64,000 nucleotides of DNA from Carcharhinus longimanus (lineage: Eukaryota). This document shows positions 36,596 to 51,169 of the stretch, piece after piece (within the stretch, counting starts at the first letter, position 1; every line of letters starts with the position of its first letter). The stretch is from the NCBI GenBank assembly GCA_030264375.1, contig JASCQW010000098.1, positions 13,159,653 to 13,223,652 of the forward strand. Reading direction: 5' to 3'. The notes beneath the pieces are model-generated. The model was not told the DNA's origin, made no database searches, and was given only the letters and a program-made list of their open reading frames with translations. The position numbers and the translations under genes are program-made.

Positions 36596-36669
36596 ATCTT
36601 TTGATGCTGTAATTTGATTAATGTATTCTCCATCCGTGAAGAGGATATTCTGTCCTTCAGTCTGGCAAC
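36596..36669 (-). CDS. MYCBP2: MYCBP2 exon 9 (74 bp), GCQTEGQNILFTDGEYINQITASKD
   Basis: ttttag acceptor; the frame-preserving donor at the conserved position is GAT|GCAAGT (GC). Confidence 0.93.
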
Positions 36670-37204
36670 CTAAAAACAGAAACTCATTTAAAATCTATGT
36701 TTTAACCTTTCCAGCACAAGCATTTCAGAAAACTTTGGAATTTAAGTTAACACTTATGTATAAACAAGCCCCTTTGCTGTCATGATCTTAAACATGTACT
36801 TCAACTTTCAGGTTTCCATTGTTTAATTTTAGTTCAGGTGTTTGATTTGAGATTCCTTAAACAGAAATTATCACTAATCTCACTATTTGCGACAAAAGAG
36901 CCCATACACTGAACTGATCACTTCTGCTTGCATCTCACCACTAAACAAGAACATGGACATAGTAAGCTCTGCTTCTAGCAGTCTTGGATGTGAGAAATAC
37001 ACAGGAGTCTCCAAAAATCATCTTGAAAGAAAATGATCATTTAAAAAAGTTACTATATCAAACAAAGGATGGGTTTGCCAAGAGTAAAAAGGACAGCAAA
37101 TGGGATGAAACTGTTTCCACTCGCGGAAAGGACAGTAATCAGCAGATACTGATTTAAGGTAACTATCACAGTTAAGAATATTGTGCTTACACACAGTTAT
37201 GCCA

Positions 37205-37620
37205 GCGGGCGCTCAGCTGGCAGCAACCTTGCCTCCAAGTCAGAAGGTGAGCTCAAGTCCCACTTTAGGACTTGAGCAAGAAACTTACGTTACATTGCAG
37301 CACTGAGGGGGTATTGTATTGTCAGAGGTGCTGTCTTTCAGAAAATATGTTAAACTGAGGCCATTTGCCCCCTCAGGTGAATGTAAAAGCGCTCATGCCA
37401 CTATTTTGATGAAGAGGAGTGATCCCCAGTGTCTCAGCTAAAACTTAATTCCGCAATCAACATCACAAAATATCATCTGGTCACTATCACACTGCTGTTT
37501 AGGGAGTTTGATGCGCTTCTTGCGCTACGGCAATGACTAAACTTTAAAGTGCTTTATTGCTGTAAAGTGCTTTGTGGCATTGTGTGGTCACAAAAGGCAT
37601 CAAGTAAACTCAAGTCTTCC
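37205..37620 (+). mobile_element. Deu-domain SINE (SacSINE1/AmnSINE-related) inserted in a CR1 3' fragment
   Basis: tRNA-like head, central cagaggtgctgtctttcaga...gttaaactgaggcc...ctcaggtgaatgtaaaa; CR1-like sequence on both sides. Confidence 0.7.
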
Positions 37621-38206
37621 TTTTTCTATGATCTGGAATGCACTGCCTGAAAAGGCTAGCGGAAGCAGATTGAATGATAATATACATAAGGTGGCTGGAT
37701 AGATATTTGAAAGGAAATTTTAAAAAACTTACAGACAGCGGAATGGGACTTAAGGGGCAAGATGGGCCATATTGTTTCCTCCTATGCTCTATGGTTTCAC
37801 GAATGAGGGGACAGTTAGCATGAAAACAATCCACAATTATTTCTCTTTGATTAAACAATCAAACCATCCTAGAGAACCTTTTTTGAATTCATAATCAAAC
37901 CCTTTTGGGTGAAAGGCAGGGAGATGAGTTGTTTGGGAAAGAGCAGCCTCTCAGATCAAGGAACCTTTCACAACCTAGATGGTCTCACTTTTGACAACAG
38001 TTACCCATAGTTTGCTACAGAATATCCCAATGGATTACTTTTCAGTTAGTAGTTTACGTTACATATCAAACCTACTCATCTGTTAAAGATCCCGCTTTAC
38101 AACTTGCAATGCAAATACTATCCCAGCTTTTGTTTCATATCTCTATATACCTCTTCCCAAATACAAATTACTTCATCATTTAGACTTGCAACAAATTATT
38201 ACATAC

Positions 38207-38303
38207 CTGGAAGATTAACTGTGCTTTCTTGTTCCAATGTTTCTGGGTTTATGGACATGGCTGTCATATTATGATTATTTAAATCCCTATACAGTAAAGA
38301 ACC
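38207..38303 (-). CDS. MYCBP2: MYCBP2 exon 8 (97 bp), GSLLYRDLNNHNMTAMSINPETLEQESTVNLP
   Basis: Manual translation; gaacag acceptor, CAG|GTATGT donor. Confidence 0.95.
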
Positions 38304-38931
38304 CTGTTCAAATAGGCACAGAAAAAGTTATAACACTTTTGGGCTAAAATTGTTCATTTCAGCAATTTCAAACAAAAAAAGTTAACATTTCAAAGTAAAT
38401 GTTTCTCACTACAATGGCATCTGATTACACACATCACAATTATTTTCCTACTAAAACTTCAGTGATTAGATATTGTGCAATGATGCTTGTATGCCATTCT
38501 TTATTGCATTAAACATGAAATCTTTTAGCAAAAGATTTACTGCATGTTGTTGAAGATGCCATCAAAATCAGATACCCAGAAACAGTTCAATAATAGAAAC
38601 TCTGAACTTCAAGTACACGTTAAAACTAAACATACAATCCAACTATCAGATCTAAATTTATCATAAAGTTCAAATAGACTTGAAAATAAATATGTAGTGA
38701 GTTCATTTTTTTAAATAAACAAAATTAACTCCATTTGTGTCATGCTTTCTCCCTTAATAAACCAAGGGCAGGAAAGTCAGAGTCACAGGTTTCTCCACAA
38801 TCGTCAATAAAACACAATAGGTTGTCTGAAATACATCCGTTCTACTTAACAGTGCAGGATAGAATTAATGTCAGGTTCTTCTTGATATCAGTCAATGAAG
38901 CATAACCACATTACTAAATCCAGTTTCTTAC

Positions 38932-39003
38932 CTGTGCAAACCCCAGCCATGACTTTCTATCCTTCCTGTTCCGTATGCGGGAAGTAGAGTTGTACACATG
39001 ACC
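38932..39003 (-). CDS. MYCBP2: MYCBP2 exon 7 (72 bp), GHVYNSTSRIRNRKDRKSWLGFAQ
   Basis: Manual translation; ttcaaag acceptor, CAG|GTAAGA donor. Confidence 0.96.
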
Positions 39004-42000
39004 CTTTGAAAAATACATTAGACATATGGAATCTTGTTGGCATTTATGTAAAGCTAAATTGTTCATTACATACTTTTTCATATGTATACGTAAAGGTTTG
39101 ACTTTCTTTTCTTCTGTACTTTAACCACCCCTATTTTATCTGGCTGCCTTTTTCTCTCTCCTCCCATGCGAAATACGAGTCAGGTTAAGGCTCTGACCTT
39201 ACAGCCACTGAATTGCAAGTTTTCCCAAGTGCAGGACAGTGCTGTCTCCCGTCATATGTGCATGATTGTCCAGGTCACATACTCCCCAGCTCCACTGCAG
39301 CACACAGATTATTCCTTCCCTACTGTCAGGTCAGAAGAGCTCAAGCAGGAAGGCTGGAGAAATGGGAATAGGCGTACAACATAATGCAAAATGCAGAGAG
39401 GGCATCTTTCCCTTTTTTGATCAAGTTAATTGTGTCAGTCCCAGAATTATTACATGCACTGCTCATAGCTTACAACTAATTGCATCCAATTAATTGCACA
39501 AAAAGAGGTCAGGCAAATGGTGATCACAACATTTTTTTAACTGTTAATGCCCTACCATCCCTATTTTGAGAGGAGGCCTTACTTTTTATGCCACTGAGTA
39601 TATGCTTAAAGGCTAAAAAATTTCAAAGCTTAGTTCTTGCTCAATTAGGATTTTGTGATAACCTTTTACTTGAATTTAATGTGTTTTTTAGAATAGCTTT
39701 TTATTTGTCTAATATTCCCCCAAATCCTTGCACCATACCATTTTCCCTTCCACTTATAAAAGCTTCCTCATTACACTCTCAACTTACACCTTCTATCGCC
39801 TCTCCTCATTCCTGTTCAGTGGTAGTTTTCCCAGCTCCCTACTTTATGAAGGACCCAAGGGATTTTCACTTATAACAGATGCATTGCAAGTATACGCTGA
39901 TGTCATATTACTTTTAGGCAGCCCAGGATTCACACTGCATCTTACATAAAGCATAGTTCAACAAAAGGAAAAATGGGTGATCACCCTCAACCCTTCCTTT
40001 TTCTCATTTTACTACATTTTTAATGTACAACTTGACAAGTATTACAGCTTCCACAGCCAAAAAAGACTACAGCCTACAAAAATCATTTGGCAATTCTTCT
40101 AAAATACAATTTATGCAGCCTTGGCGCATTTACTGTTGCGGCCCACCACAAAAAGCTTCATCCTGCATATCAGTCGCTGAGAATATTATTCACTGAAGGG
40201 AAAGTAATTTAATAGCTAAAGGAAACTCAAACTGCAGAGCCGCTGAACCTGCAAATAAGCTTAGATCACAATGAAGATTAAAAATAATTCTGCCTTGTGG
40301 TCACAGAAGGCACTGGAACCTAGAAGAATGCCCCAAGTGCAGTTCAGGGAGATGCTGAAAATTTGATTTTATTAACTGGTGACTAGTTCTTTCTTGTATA
40401 AAGCAGAATTTCTGAAAACATGATAGGGTGCTGCCAGACAATTATGATAAAAGTCAGGTCTCAAAAATCTGCTAGCAGTCATCGGGAGCATAAAGATGGA
40501 ATAATTAATAGGGCACCATCAAGCAAGGTACATATTTCCTCGTGTAGTACATGCTTTAATCCTTGAATATTTTTCTTCCTGCTGTGATCCATTGTCTGAT
40601 CCTCAGCACCCGCCAACTTCCACACATGACTTTGTGTGGATAAGCACTGCTAGCAAACCATATAAGTATTAACTCATATGGCAGAACCTTGATGCACATG
40701 GCATTACTTCCCTGCATTATCCCATTTCAACTTTTAAAACACAGATCAATAGTTTTTTCTGATTTAAAATGCTAAACACAAATAAAAAAACTGTAATATC
40801 CAAATCATTAAGATAAGCCTTAATCATCAGATTAACAAACATTATGCAAATCTACTGCTCTATCAGACAATTTTTTTGGACTATTATATCTTGCTAATAG
40901 CATATGATATCACAACAGAGCTCCTCCAAATAAGGAGACCTTCCAAATGCCTTCTTGGCCAAAATGCTTACTGCCATGCGCTAATATAAGTGCTCAGAAC
41001 TACAATGGAAAAGATCAAGACTAACAACTGCACAAAAAAAATCACTGGATGGTTCCACTATAAGTCATTATCTCTCTGACTGTGGAAAGGAATAAAATCC
41101 AATAGCGAAACACCAAATAGCCACATAGTGCAAAAAGATCCAGGCATGGTTTTGTCAAAGTACACAACCAGCACACAAGTACCACTCAAACGCAACCAGA
41201 TAATAAAAGCAGCTCAACATCCACATTACAACCAACAGCAAGAATACAATTGGCACCAATCCTGCAGTATAAATGCTACCTGATAGAAAACCCTCTGGGT
41301 TGGTGTTTCATTCACTTGCTGCCAAGATTAATACCAGTGAAAACAAAACTAAACAGAACATTAAATCATATTCTGATTTTTTTGTCTGGCTGCAGCCCAA
41401 CTAAGCTATCAGTGCACCAATGCGACTTCACCATTATTGAGCTCCACGAACATTCCCGTTCTTAAGACTGTGCAATTCTCCACTGTTGACACGTTGACAC
41501 ATTAACGGGGCAAATGTGACATAAGAAACTGACTTAGTCCAAACCTAGAGTGGAGAGGGTGAGATGAGTACTAGACCGGAAACTGTTACAAAGATGGAGT
41601 GAAGTGAAGCCATGGATGGATTTCTAGAAGGGAAAGATTTTGAAGTCAATGTTTGAGGTCAAAGAGCTAACCAAGGTAAACATAGACTGAAACAGCTTGC
41701 ATTTATATAGTCCGTGCCTTCAGCATAACAAAGCATCCTGCAGCAACTCATTAAAGCATGATCAAACAAAATGTGATGCAGAGGGAGATAGGAGGACAGG
41801 TGACCAAAAGTTCAGTCAAAGAGGCAGGTTCGAAGGAGCATCTTCAGAGGCAGTACAGACGTGCAGCAGTTTAGAGAGGGAACGCCAGAGTTTATCATAG
41901 ATACAGCACACTGGTCCATCAACATTGTTCCATGGAGAGCATATCAGATGCTCACTGCATTCTTCAATGGTCCCAAAAGGTAGAAAATATTCCATGAGAC

Positions 42001-42096
42001 CAATGCAAACAGATTAAAAATTACTTGACCAAATTTATTTACAGGTTGAATGCAGCAATAAGAATTCATTTATGAACTGTCTTTAATGTTGTTAAA

Positions 42097-42392
42097 GGTA
42101 CAGTGGCTAGCACTACTGCCTCACAGCACCAGTGAGGCAGGTTCAATTCCAGCCTTGGTTGGAGTATGCACTTTCTCCCCATGTCTGCGTGGGTTTCCCC
42201 TGGGTGTTTTGGTTTCCTCCCACAGTCCAAAGATGTGCGAGTTAAATTGGCCATGCTAAACTGACCCCAGTGCCAAGGACATTAGCAGGGCAAGTGCGTG
42301 GGGTTACAAGAATAGGGCCTGGATGGAATTGTGGTCGTTACAGATTCAATGTGCTGAATGGCCTCCTTCTGCAATGTAGGGATTCTACGATT
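42097..42392 (+). mobile_element. HE1/V-SINE-like element, tail A
   Basis: Head, core and gaatggcctccttctgcaatgtagggattcta tail. Confidence 0.85.
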
Positions 42393-43139
42393 GTAAAATG
42401 TACACAGGCACTTCACAGAAGCATAATCAGACCAAGTTTTATATTGAGCCAAAAGGTAAGAGATAGGCTTTCTATAGTGCTTCAAAGGCAGGAAAATACA
42501 GACGTTTAGGGGGAGAACTGTGCCATATTATATCCAAGTGCCTGAAGTGGGACAAAACAGATTCCGAACAGGCTAGCATTAGAGGAATCTTGAGCTCTTG
42601 CTGAATGACTGCACAGCTGGAGAAGACTGGAGATAGGAAGAATGAGGTCAATGGGAATCAAACAAAAATGCACTAATTTTAAAAATCACCATGCTGGTCA
42701 CCAAAAGTCAATACAAGAGTCAGAGAGCAGAGAGTTGATGGACAAACAGAACTTTGTACAAGTTAGGATATGGACAGAGATTTGAATCAAGTTAATGAAA
42801 AGGTGGAAGATGGGAGGCTGGCCAGCACTGAAATAGTCACATCTGAAGAAATTGGTCCACAAAGTGTTTGATAAATGATAGAACTTACAGATGTAGCAGC
42901 TCTTTGTAGACTTTCATAATGTAACATACAATATGAATATCTAGTCAGGTCTAGATATCCACCCCACATTTGTTCTTCCAGCTACAACCAAGTAAACCCA
43001 GTTATGATTTATGCCAAAGTTACATTCTCAAACCAAATCTTTTAGTTAACAAATACTGAGAATTTGAAAAAGACTTGTACTTTGACATTAATTATAGTTA
43101 ACCATCTTTCCCCTTGGACCTAATTTCACATTTATAATC

Positions 43140-44800
43140 AAGCTCATAGAATTATGAACAGCTCAAGAGGCAGACATTCAACCCATCATGCCTGTGCCAG
43201 TTAGTTGATTTCCCAGCTATTTCCCTCTATCACTGCATTTTTTTCCTTAAGTATTTATGCAATTCCCTTTCTTAAATTCTACAACTGAATTCGTTTCTAC
43301 ACCCTCTACTCCAAGGCAGTATAGTCCAAACCCTAATGACTCACTGCAAACAAAAAAAGCTTTCCGCGTATCACCTGCACTTTCTTTTGCCAAATCACCT
43401 TAAATCTGTACACTCTGCTTATCAACACTTAAGTTATTGGAAAGTTTATTTTTATTTACTCAATTTAAATCTTTAATAACATTTTTTCAGTATTAGCATA
43501 TCAATTATTGCATTTCCTGCGCTGAGGAGAACCACTCTAGCTTCTTCAGCTCACTAATCACCCATCCTTGAATCCATGCTCTAGTGTAAATCTCTTTGAA
43601 GCTTGCACACTTTCTGAAAGTGTGATATCCCCAGATTTAGATATTGTAGCCCAGTTGGGGCTGTACTTTTGTTCTGCCAACTCTGACTTTATGCCCATAT
43701 GCATAACCTCTAATGCCAACTTCAAAGATTTGTGCACAACAGAGTCCATTTTCTGCACTGCCTTTAAAATTGTACCACTTAGTTTATATTGTTTTTAGAT
43801 GGATTTCCTAATTATTTCTATCAAAATATATTGGGGTGGGGTGGGGGGGGGGGGGGGGGAGGGGGGCGCGGAGANNNNNNNNNNCGGAGAAGATGCATGC
43901 AGAGAGAGATTTCATGAGAAATCCACAGAAATTGTATTGGGAGGCATCTGTCACTTGGTTTCAAAGGATGCTGTGTCTGACCACATCATGCCTGTTTACA
44001 TGGACTGTGTACTTACTGAGAACATCAGTGTGCTATATATCGTCAAGGTATAGCTGAGCTGAATGAGTAGTGTATAATAGTCATTTTTTTCTTGTTTAAT
44101 AAATATTTTATCCTTTTCTTAAAGTTAAACAGCAATCTTGCCACTCTATTCATCCACGACTCTAAACGAAAGTTATGGTCTACTGACCTGGAATTGTAAC
44201 AGAATTTTACTAAGTCTATTTTGTGATACTTTGCCAAACACCTTTTGAAAGGCTATTTACATAACATTAGTTGCACTATCCTCATCCAGCCTCTTACCTC
44301 ACCATTTCAACTGAATTAATCAACACAATTTGTTCTTAAAATATTCATGCTAGGTCTCCTTTATTTGTCCACGTTACTGTTGATTTTCCCCTGGATTTCA
44401 TTTTTAAAAGCTTCCCAACATCAATGTTGAATTGACTGCCTTTTAATTGCCAGGTTCGCTCTTCTTGGTAACAAGGGTGTAACATCTGCAATCTTCCAGT
44501 CCCTTGGCACCACCCTTGGGTTTAAGAACAGAAAGATTATAGCCAGGACTTCTGCAATGCCTACCGTTGCTTCCCTCAGTAACTGAGGATGCACCCCATC
44601 TTGACCCGCTGACGTTTCCACTTTAAGTGATGCCAGCCTTTCAAGTACCTCTATTTGCATCTCATCCAATACCTTGACACCCTCTTTGTTCACAGCAGCA
44701 TTGGCAAAATTGTCTTCTCTGGTAAACATTGATGCAAAATTATCATTTAGTTGCTTGGGCATGTCTTCAGGCTTCACTTTCATCAGCAGATCTTTATTTT
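43140..44800 (-). mobile_element. Decayed CR1-type LINE fragments (with unrelated insert and gap near 43830-44050)
   Basis: ORF 44421..45068 contains LNDNFASMFT...GQDGVHPQLLRE...VPRDWKIADVTPL, typical CR1 pre-RT sequence. Confidence 0.75.
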
Positions 44801-46550
44801 GAAATTTGATGCGCCAACAGAAATTAACTAATGTTTTTCTGGTACAGGCAATGCAAAGGAGATCACCCAAGTCTATCAATTCATATATTAGCGTTTCAAT
44901 TAAGCTGTTCCAGCTACAAACCACTTTGCCTTTATTTCTGAATGAAGGTATCAATACCAAGTAAATCATTTCAGGAGAAACATGTTTCACTGAACAAGTG
45001 AAAAGATCTGGCCAATTGGGAGTATTAAAACAATGAAATTGCCATAAACAAACATACAGCTGTAGCACTTGTTAAATCTAACTTGAATCGACCATAAAAC
45101 TGCAGAGCTCTCCCATTTCCTCAACTGTTTAATCGTTGGTTGTGCTCAAGCAAATTTAAGATGCATCTTTTTCATTATTCAAGTAGTTTTGCTTCAAATC
45201 CTTTCCTTCATTATTTGACAAACACTCTGGGTTACAGAAATAAAATTAAAGCACAAGTATCTTAACTATTAAGTATTTTGATGTACTGCTTTACTGGCCA
45301 AGCTGAACAAGTCAATATACTAGACGACTTGGATACTGTCCTCTGGCTTAGCCCATTGGAAAGCTTGCTTTTAGGGAAAACCGCTGTTTTCTCTTCCTGG
45401 TCACTACCGTCTTGTGAGAGATTGTAATGTCCAAGGGTCCAGTCAATTACTTGATTTTGTCATTTGATGTGGCAAATGGCTAAAAAACACAAATCTTGAA
45501 GATGGAAATACATTACCAAGTAGAATCTGCAAAAGGTCTAAGCCACAAAAACACTGACTGGAACTGGGAACACCTAGCAGCTCCCTACAAGCGCAGAAAT
45601 CCTGTACAGTTCTGCATTTATTGCCATACTGAACAGACATTCCTGAGGTTGATTGCTGCAAACCTGAAGCCACATGCTGCCTTTTTAAAGGCCACAACCC
45701 TATTATTGAACTTTTACTTCTTAAACAAGTTGCTTTATCTCAAATATACACAACAAGCAAAGATTTTCACATCCTTCTGGCCTTGAAGTCATCGGAGATA
45801 CAGAAGAACAACTATTTTACTTTGAAAAAACTGGTTTAATATTCTCTTCAATGTAGCTAACGCCACTAACCCAAAAAGCTCCAGGGCATATCCAAAAATT
45901 AACTCAACCCGTGCAGAATTTTAAATCAAAGCATAAACAAATTCTACAACTCTACAAGAATATTTGCAAAACTGAGCAGCCTAATATTACTAGGATGTCG
46001 CATAATAATACATGATAGCAATCCAGACCTTGAAGTGACAATGGGAAATAATTAAACTGAATGTGATTAAACAATCTAGGCTGGCACTAGTACAAATGAA
46101 TTTGCAAGCTGCTTGATATTTCTATCATTCAATGCACAACTCGCTTACTAATATTCTTCAGGAAATAGAACCAACAACCCAACCTTGTCTGGCCAAAGCA
46201 ACTCTACCCTACATTACACGGCCTACTCATAATACCCTAGGGAATAGCTGCCAAGTCAGTCAGATAGACAAACAATTGCTATGAAGCAGGGCAACTAGGC
46301 AAGGGCAATACATTGGCACAAACATAATAGGGATGTGTTTCAAGAAGTAATAGTTTAAAGCAAACAGTTTACAGTGAGACAAAAAGAACCAGCCAAGCCA
46401 CAGCATATGGCTCAGCCTCAATATCATGTGTCTGGGGATGTACTGACAACTCATTGATGACATATCTAACATTTATTTTTCAATAATATAGACAACTTTT
46501 AAACAGTGTGTAATAGCACTATNNNNNNNNNNGTAAAAATATTTACTTAC

Positions 46551-46793
46551 CCTCACTGTCCCACTATAACCAGAACCAATTTTGTACAATCCGTCTTTAG
46601 CCAAAAGATACAGGAATGAGCCATCACTCTGCAGTAGACACCAATCATCTTCATCTGTAAATACCTCTTTTAGAAACCACTTGTGCATTAAAGCTACTTT
46701 CTTTATTCCATTTGTGAACCAGTCCTGTATTTGAATTTTTCCAACTAAGACTGCTTGCACACTCCTTTGCAAAGCATTTAGAATGGTTGGCAC
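46551..46793 (-). CDS. MYCBP2: MYCBP2 exon 6 (243 bp), VPTILNALQRSVQ...IGSGYSGTVR
   Basis: ttttag acceptor, AGG|GTAAGT donor; ORF 46473..46793. Confidence 0.97.
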
Positions 46794-47249
46794 CTAAAAG
46801 CAAGTAAAACTGAAATGTTAAATCACATAAAAATGCTGATAATATAGAACCATTAACTGAATAAGGACTTCTGAATATCAAGTTGCAGTAGCTTCATTTG
46901 ATGCAAGATATTTATTAGATATTCATCATAAACTATGAGAATCCTCAATCGGTATAAAATTCCATGAAAAATCAGGACAAGGAAATAGACTGCCCATTTG
47001 ATTAGACTACTAAATTCTTCCAATGACTTAAGCTATTTACATATATGTGAAAGTATTTTCTTTGTAAAATACACATCAAATAATTTATATTAAAGTTCAT
47101 CCATCTCCAATCAATAAATTCAACCATCCAGAATATTCTGAACAATGAACAACAATTTGTATTCATATAGGGTCTTTTACATAACATCCCACAGTGCTAC
47201 ATAGAAATTATTTACATGGAAATAAATAGGCTTACTAATAGCATGCATA

Positions 47250-47760
47250 TTTGGTTGAAAGGTCATCCTTGGGATCAAACATGACACTGAGGTTCTGAAG
47301 AATCTGGTTTGGCCTCAAACCTGTTGCCAAAGCAAGGTGCGGGAGTTGGTTGTTGAGAAATGGAATTTCTGAGGGGTACCAAAGGCTTCAAATCTTCCCA
47401 ATATTAAATTGAAGAATTTCTGGTCATCCAGTACTGGATGTCAGACCATTTAAAGATAGTGGAGAGGTGAGAGAGGTGATGATGAGGTAAAGCTGGATGC
47501 CATCAGCATACACTTAGAAACGGATTTTTTTTTAAAAAGATGATGTCACCAAAGAGAAGCATGTAGATCAGAAATAGGAACCTGACCGTGGATGGATCCT
47601 TCGGAAATGTCAGAGTAACCGTGTGGGAATGGGAAGTGAAATCATTGATGGAAAATCTCTGGCTAAACTTGGATAGACAAGAATGGAACCAAGTATGTGC
47701 AGTCTCATCTAACTACATTATAGTGGAGAAGCATCATTGAATGGTGTGATTTATACTTAG
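47250..47760 (-). mobile_element. L2-type LINE RT fragment
   Basis: Minus strand ...VYADGIQLYL near 47480-47515 resembles the YADD motif region. Confidence 0.6.
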
Positions 47761-47914
47761 CATGTTCATTAGTGATGTGAAAGGAATGCATTTTAGAAAT
47801 TTAATATCTCTGACTAAAAGCATGGGTGGTACAATTTAAACCCTATCCCGAGATCTGTGAAAATAACCATCGAGATGGTTCGCATTAGTACAAAACATCA
47901 AAAGTAGATTTTAC

Positions 47915-49000
47915 ATGTATGAATTAATAGGCCACTCAGCGCCTCGAGCCTGTTTTGCCAATCAATAAGATCATAGCTGATCTGACTGCAACTTCAACTG
48001 CACATTCCTGCCTACCCCCAATAACCTTGCACCCTCTCATTAATCAAAAATCTATCTAGCTCTGTCTTGAAAAAATATTCAAACACTCTGCTTCTATTGC
48101 CTTTTGAAGAAGAGTTCCAGAATCTCACGAACTTCAGAAAAAAATTTCTGTCCAAAATCAGTGACCCCTTATTTTTAAGCTGACCCCAAGTTCTAGAGTC
48201 TCCAACAAGAGGAGACATCAGCTCTCATCCACCCTGTCAATATCCCTCAGGGGCTTAAAGGTTTTAATCAAGTTGCCCTTTAATCTTTTAACCTCCACCT
48301 AACCTCTCCAACTTTCCTCATAAGACAACCTGCCCAATCCTGGTGTTAACCTAGTAAACCTTCTCTGAATTGCTTCTAATGCATTTAAAATATTTCAAAT
48401 TATGAGACGTGTACTGTATTCAATATGCCATGTGTGGTCTCAGCACTGCATTATACAACTGAAGCATCACCTCCTGAGTTTTGTAAAATTCCTCTCACAA
48501 TAAACAATGACATTCCATTAGCTTTCCTAATTACTTGCTGTGCCTGTGTCTTTTGTGATTCGTATACTAGAACACGCAGATCTCTCTATGCCTCAGTTCT
48601 TTAATCTCTCAAATATTTACCTAATCAGCTTCTTTTTTATTCTTCCTGCCAAAACAGACAATTTCACTTTGCCCACATTATACTCCATTTGCCAGATTTT
48701 TGCCTAATCATCTAACCTATCTCAGCCCCTTTGCAGCCTCTTTACACCCTCTACACAAGTGACTTTCCTACCTTACCTTATTTTGTGATGTCAGCAAATC
48801 TAGCAACCAGATCTTCAGTCCCTTCATCCAAGTCATTTATATAAAAAGTTGAGGCCCCACTTGTCAATCAGGAAAAAAGTCCATTTATGTCAACTGACTG
48901 CTTCCTGTTAGCTAGCCAATCTTCAGTCTAAGCCAATATATTAACCCTTCCACGGAGCTTTTATTTTTGACAAAAATCTTTGAGGTAGTGCCTTATTGTG
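47915..49000 (-). mobile_element. CR1-type LINE 3' fragment
   Basis: CR1 tail ggccactcagc..ctcgagcctg..ccaatcaataagatcat; ccttcatccaagtcatttata (reverse of YINDLDEG). Confidence 0.8.
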
Positions 49001-49863
49001 TAATCTAATAGTAACACAGCTCTAAGCAGCAAGTACACAAAATTAATATAATTTACACATAGGAATTCAATGAGGATAGCATGGAAAGTAGTTCAGTAAA
49101 TTTATTCATGGGCACACGTCTAACTCTCAGCAAAGTCCAAGACATTGGTCATATCTTTGGGTCTTTCAACATCCCACCACAGCACATAGTTTATCATGCA
49201 GTCAATCCTTTACTCAGCTTCAAACAAGTCATATTCTTTTACTGAAATGGCTAGAATGAGCCCTCAGCTTCCTCCTAATTTCCAGATAACCATCTTACTC
49301 TTCCTCTGTGCTGTGACTTTACTGCACTGAAATGAGGACTCGCATGCAATCTCCTTAACTTGTTATTTTCAGGTTCCCAAAACTTTGGACTGGACCTCAG
49401 TCAAACTTTTCTTCAAATAATATGTTTTAAAAAATCAAAATAAGCATCATCTGATTGCATCTTACTTTAATAGACTTTTGACAGCAACTTCATTATGATC
49501 CTTTTTGTCTTGACTTTGCAGCAAAAAAAATTCTACATAGTATTGCAATAGATGCACTCACCAAACTGATAAGTCACCTTGAACTTTCATGCTATTGCTG
49601 CCTGCAATCCTTCACATAATTCAAACAGATTTTCGTTAATCTGTGTCCCAACTCCCATTCATCCACCTTAATTGCCATATCCCTTGAATATCCTCATCCA
49701 ATAAAAAAAGTCTACCGAACTCGAGTCTTGAAACTTTCAATGGATGGAGCACCCATAGCCGTTTGGAGGACAACATTTTAAACTTGGCAGAATGATAAAG
49801 GTTGGCCAAAGCAAATATTTAGGAAATTGAAAAATAAAATCTTTCAAAACAAAATCAAGTTAC

Positions 49864-50060
49864 CTGAATAGGTTGGCAAGCATGGCTGCCATTACTGGTA
49901 AGAATTGCTGACACGGCCTGTAGAATCTTGCCCGTATCTCCCCAAGCAACTACCAGACTGAAGAGGCAGGCACAAGATAATGCAGTCAGTGACTGGCTAA
50001 TATTGTCTGCCATTCCAGTGCTTCTTATTGTTGTTTCTAACAATAAATGGAAGAGAGATT
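49864..50060 (-). CDS. MYCBP2: MYCBP2 exon 5 (197 bp), ESLFHLLLE...SHACQPIQ
   Basis: ccacag acceptor, CAG|GTAACT donor; ORF 49855..50088. Confidence 0.97.
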
Positions 50061-51169
50061 CTGTGGACAAAATCACATTAACCATCAATTAAGGCCCAAA
50101 TTATTCAGGATATAAACGGCTCAATTCATCACTGTCATCCAAAGTCAAATAAATAAATCAGATCTTTCACTTAACCGGGATCTCAGGAATGGTAATTTGA
50201 GGGAAGCCTTTGCCCTCCCATCCCTCATCTTTAAATTATTCTTGAGCATACCTTGGACACTGACCAGAGACACAGAAAAGATAATTGTTCTCAAACTTCC
50301 AAACCACTAAAACCAAAGTTCATGCAAGCGCAGACCTTTTGTCAGCAAGCATCCACTGTCGACTTCTTATTGCCCCACAGTGACATGGCCAAAACCAGTA
50401 ATTTGCACACATCAGGGAATACAAGTGTGAAGGTTAGAAGTTACAATTTACTTCTTAATACCACATTGCCAATCAGGAATAAAGTAGTGGATATTGTCTC
50501 TGACTTTTGAAACACAATTTTCTTCATTTGACTCATTTGGAAATCAATGTTAACTTGCGCCATTCATAATTTAATGCAATTTTAAAACATTAAAAAAAAA
50601 TCAAAAATTTCTTCTTTCTCAAGACCAAGCTCCTATAACTTACTAATGGCTGCTCCCTGGATTGTGGTCAGCATTGAAACTAGCCACTGAGCTTGAGGGA
50701 GGTGGCCACAAAGATCTAGCATCTCTGCACAATGGATTTCACTTTTCCCTGAAGTTGATCCGAATATGATGTAAAAAGTCAGGGGACTCTTGCAGAGGTC
50801 CAGCAACAATATCGTCAACAAGGTACACAGAGAATCTCAATGAAGTTTCCTCAGACAGCCAAACTAGGAAGTAAATGCACTGGCAACGCTTCACTTCTAT
50901 TAAATTTTACCAAGTGCGAAATAAACGATTGGCACATTCACACTGCAAGTTAAATTACCAAACATCAAAAAAAATTTCGAACTTGGAATTTTACCAGAAT
51001 GGCACATAAATATAACATTTATCAGGGCCTCAGAGGATCTTCAGCAATAGTTATGACTTTGTACAATGCTAATACTCCAGTTGCACCTCATTTTTGAGTT
51101 TTCAACAGGGATATTTTAGAGTGAAAGGAGAACTTCTGGCGAGTTCAGTGATATCTAGTTGATTAGTCT

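Larger units (their letters stand above)
5161..46532. other. Assembly gaps at 5161-5259, 9989-9998, 24509-24608, 32837-32936, 43875-43884 and 46523-46532
   Basis: N runs of ~100 or 10 bases, consistent with placeholder gap sizes. Confidence 0.95.

Noticed and set aside
43832-43870. Long G tract as a functional G-quadruplex (also ~23890-23907 and ~31480-31497)
   Set aside because: Simple homopolymer runs within or beside repeats and a gap; lengths are unreliable and nothing suggests function.
44421-45068. Longest ORF in the track (215 aa) as an independent nested gene
   Set aside because: Its C-terminal half is decayed CR1 ORF2 (LNDNFASMFT, VPRDWKIADVTPL) and the rest looks like chance open frame.
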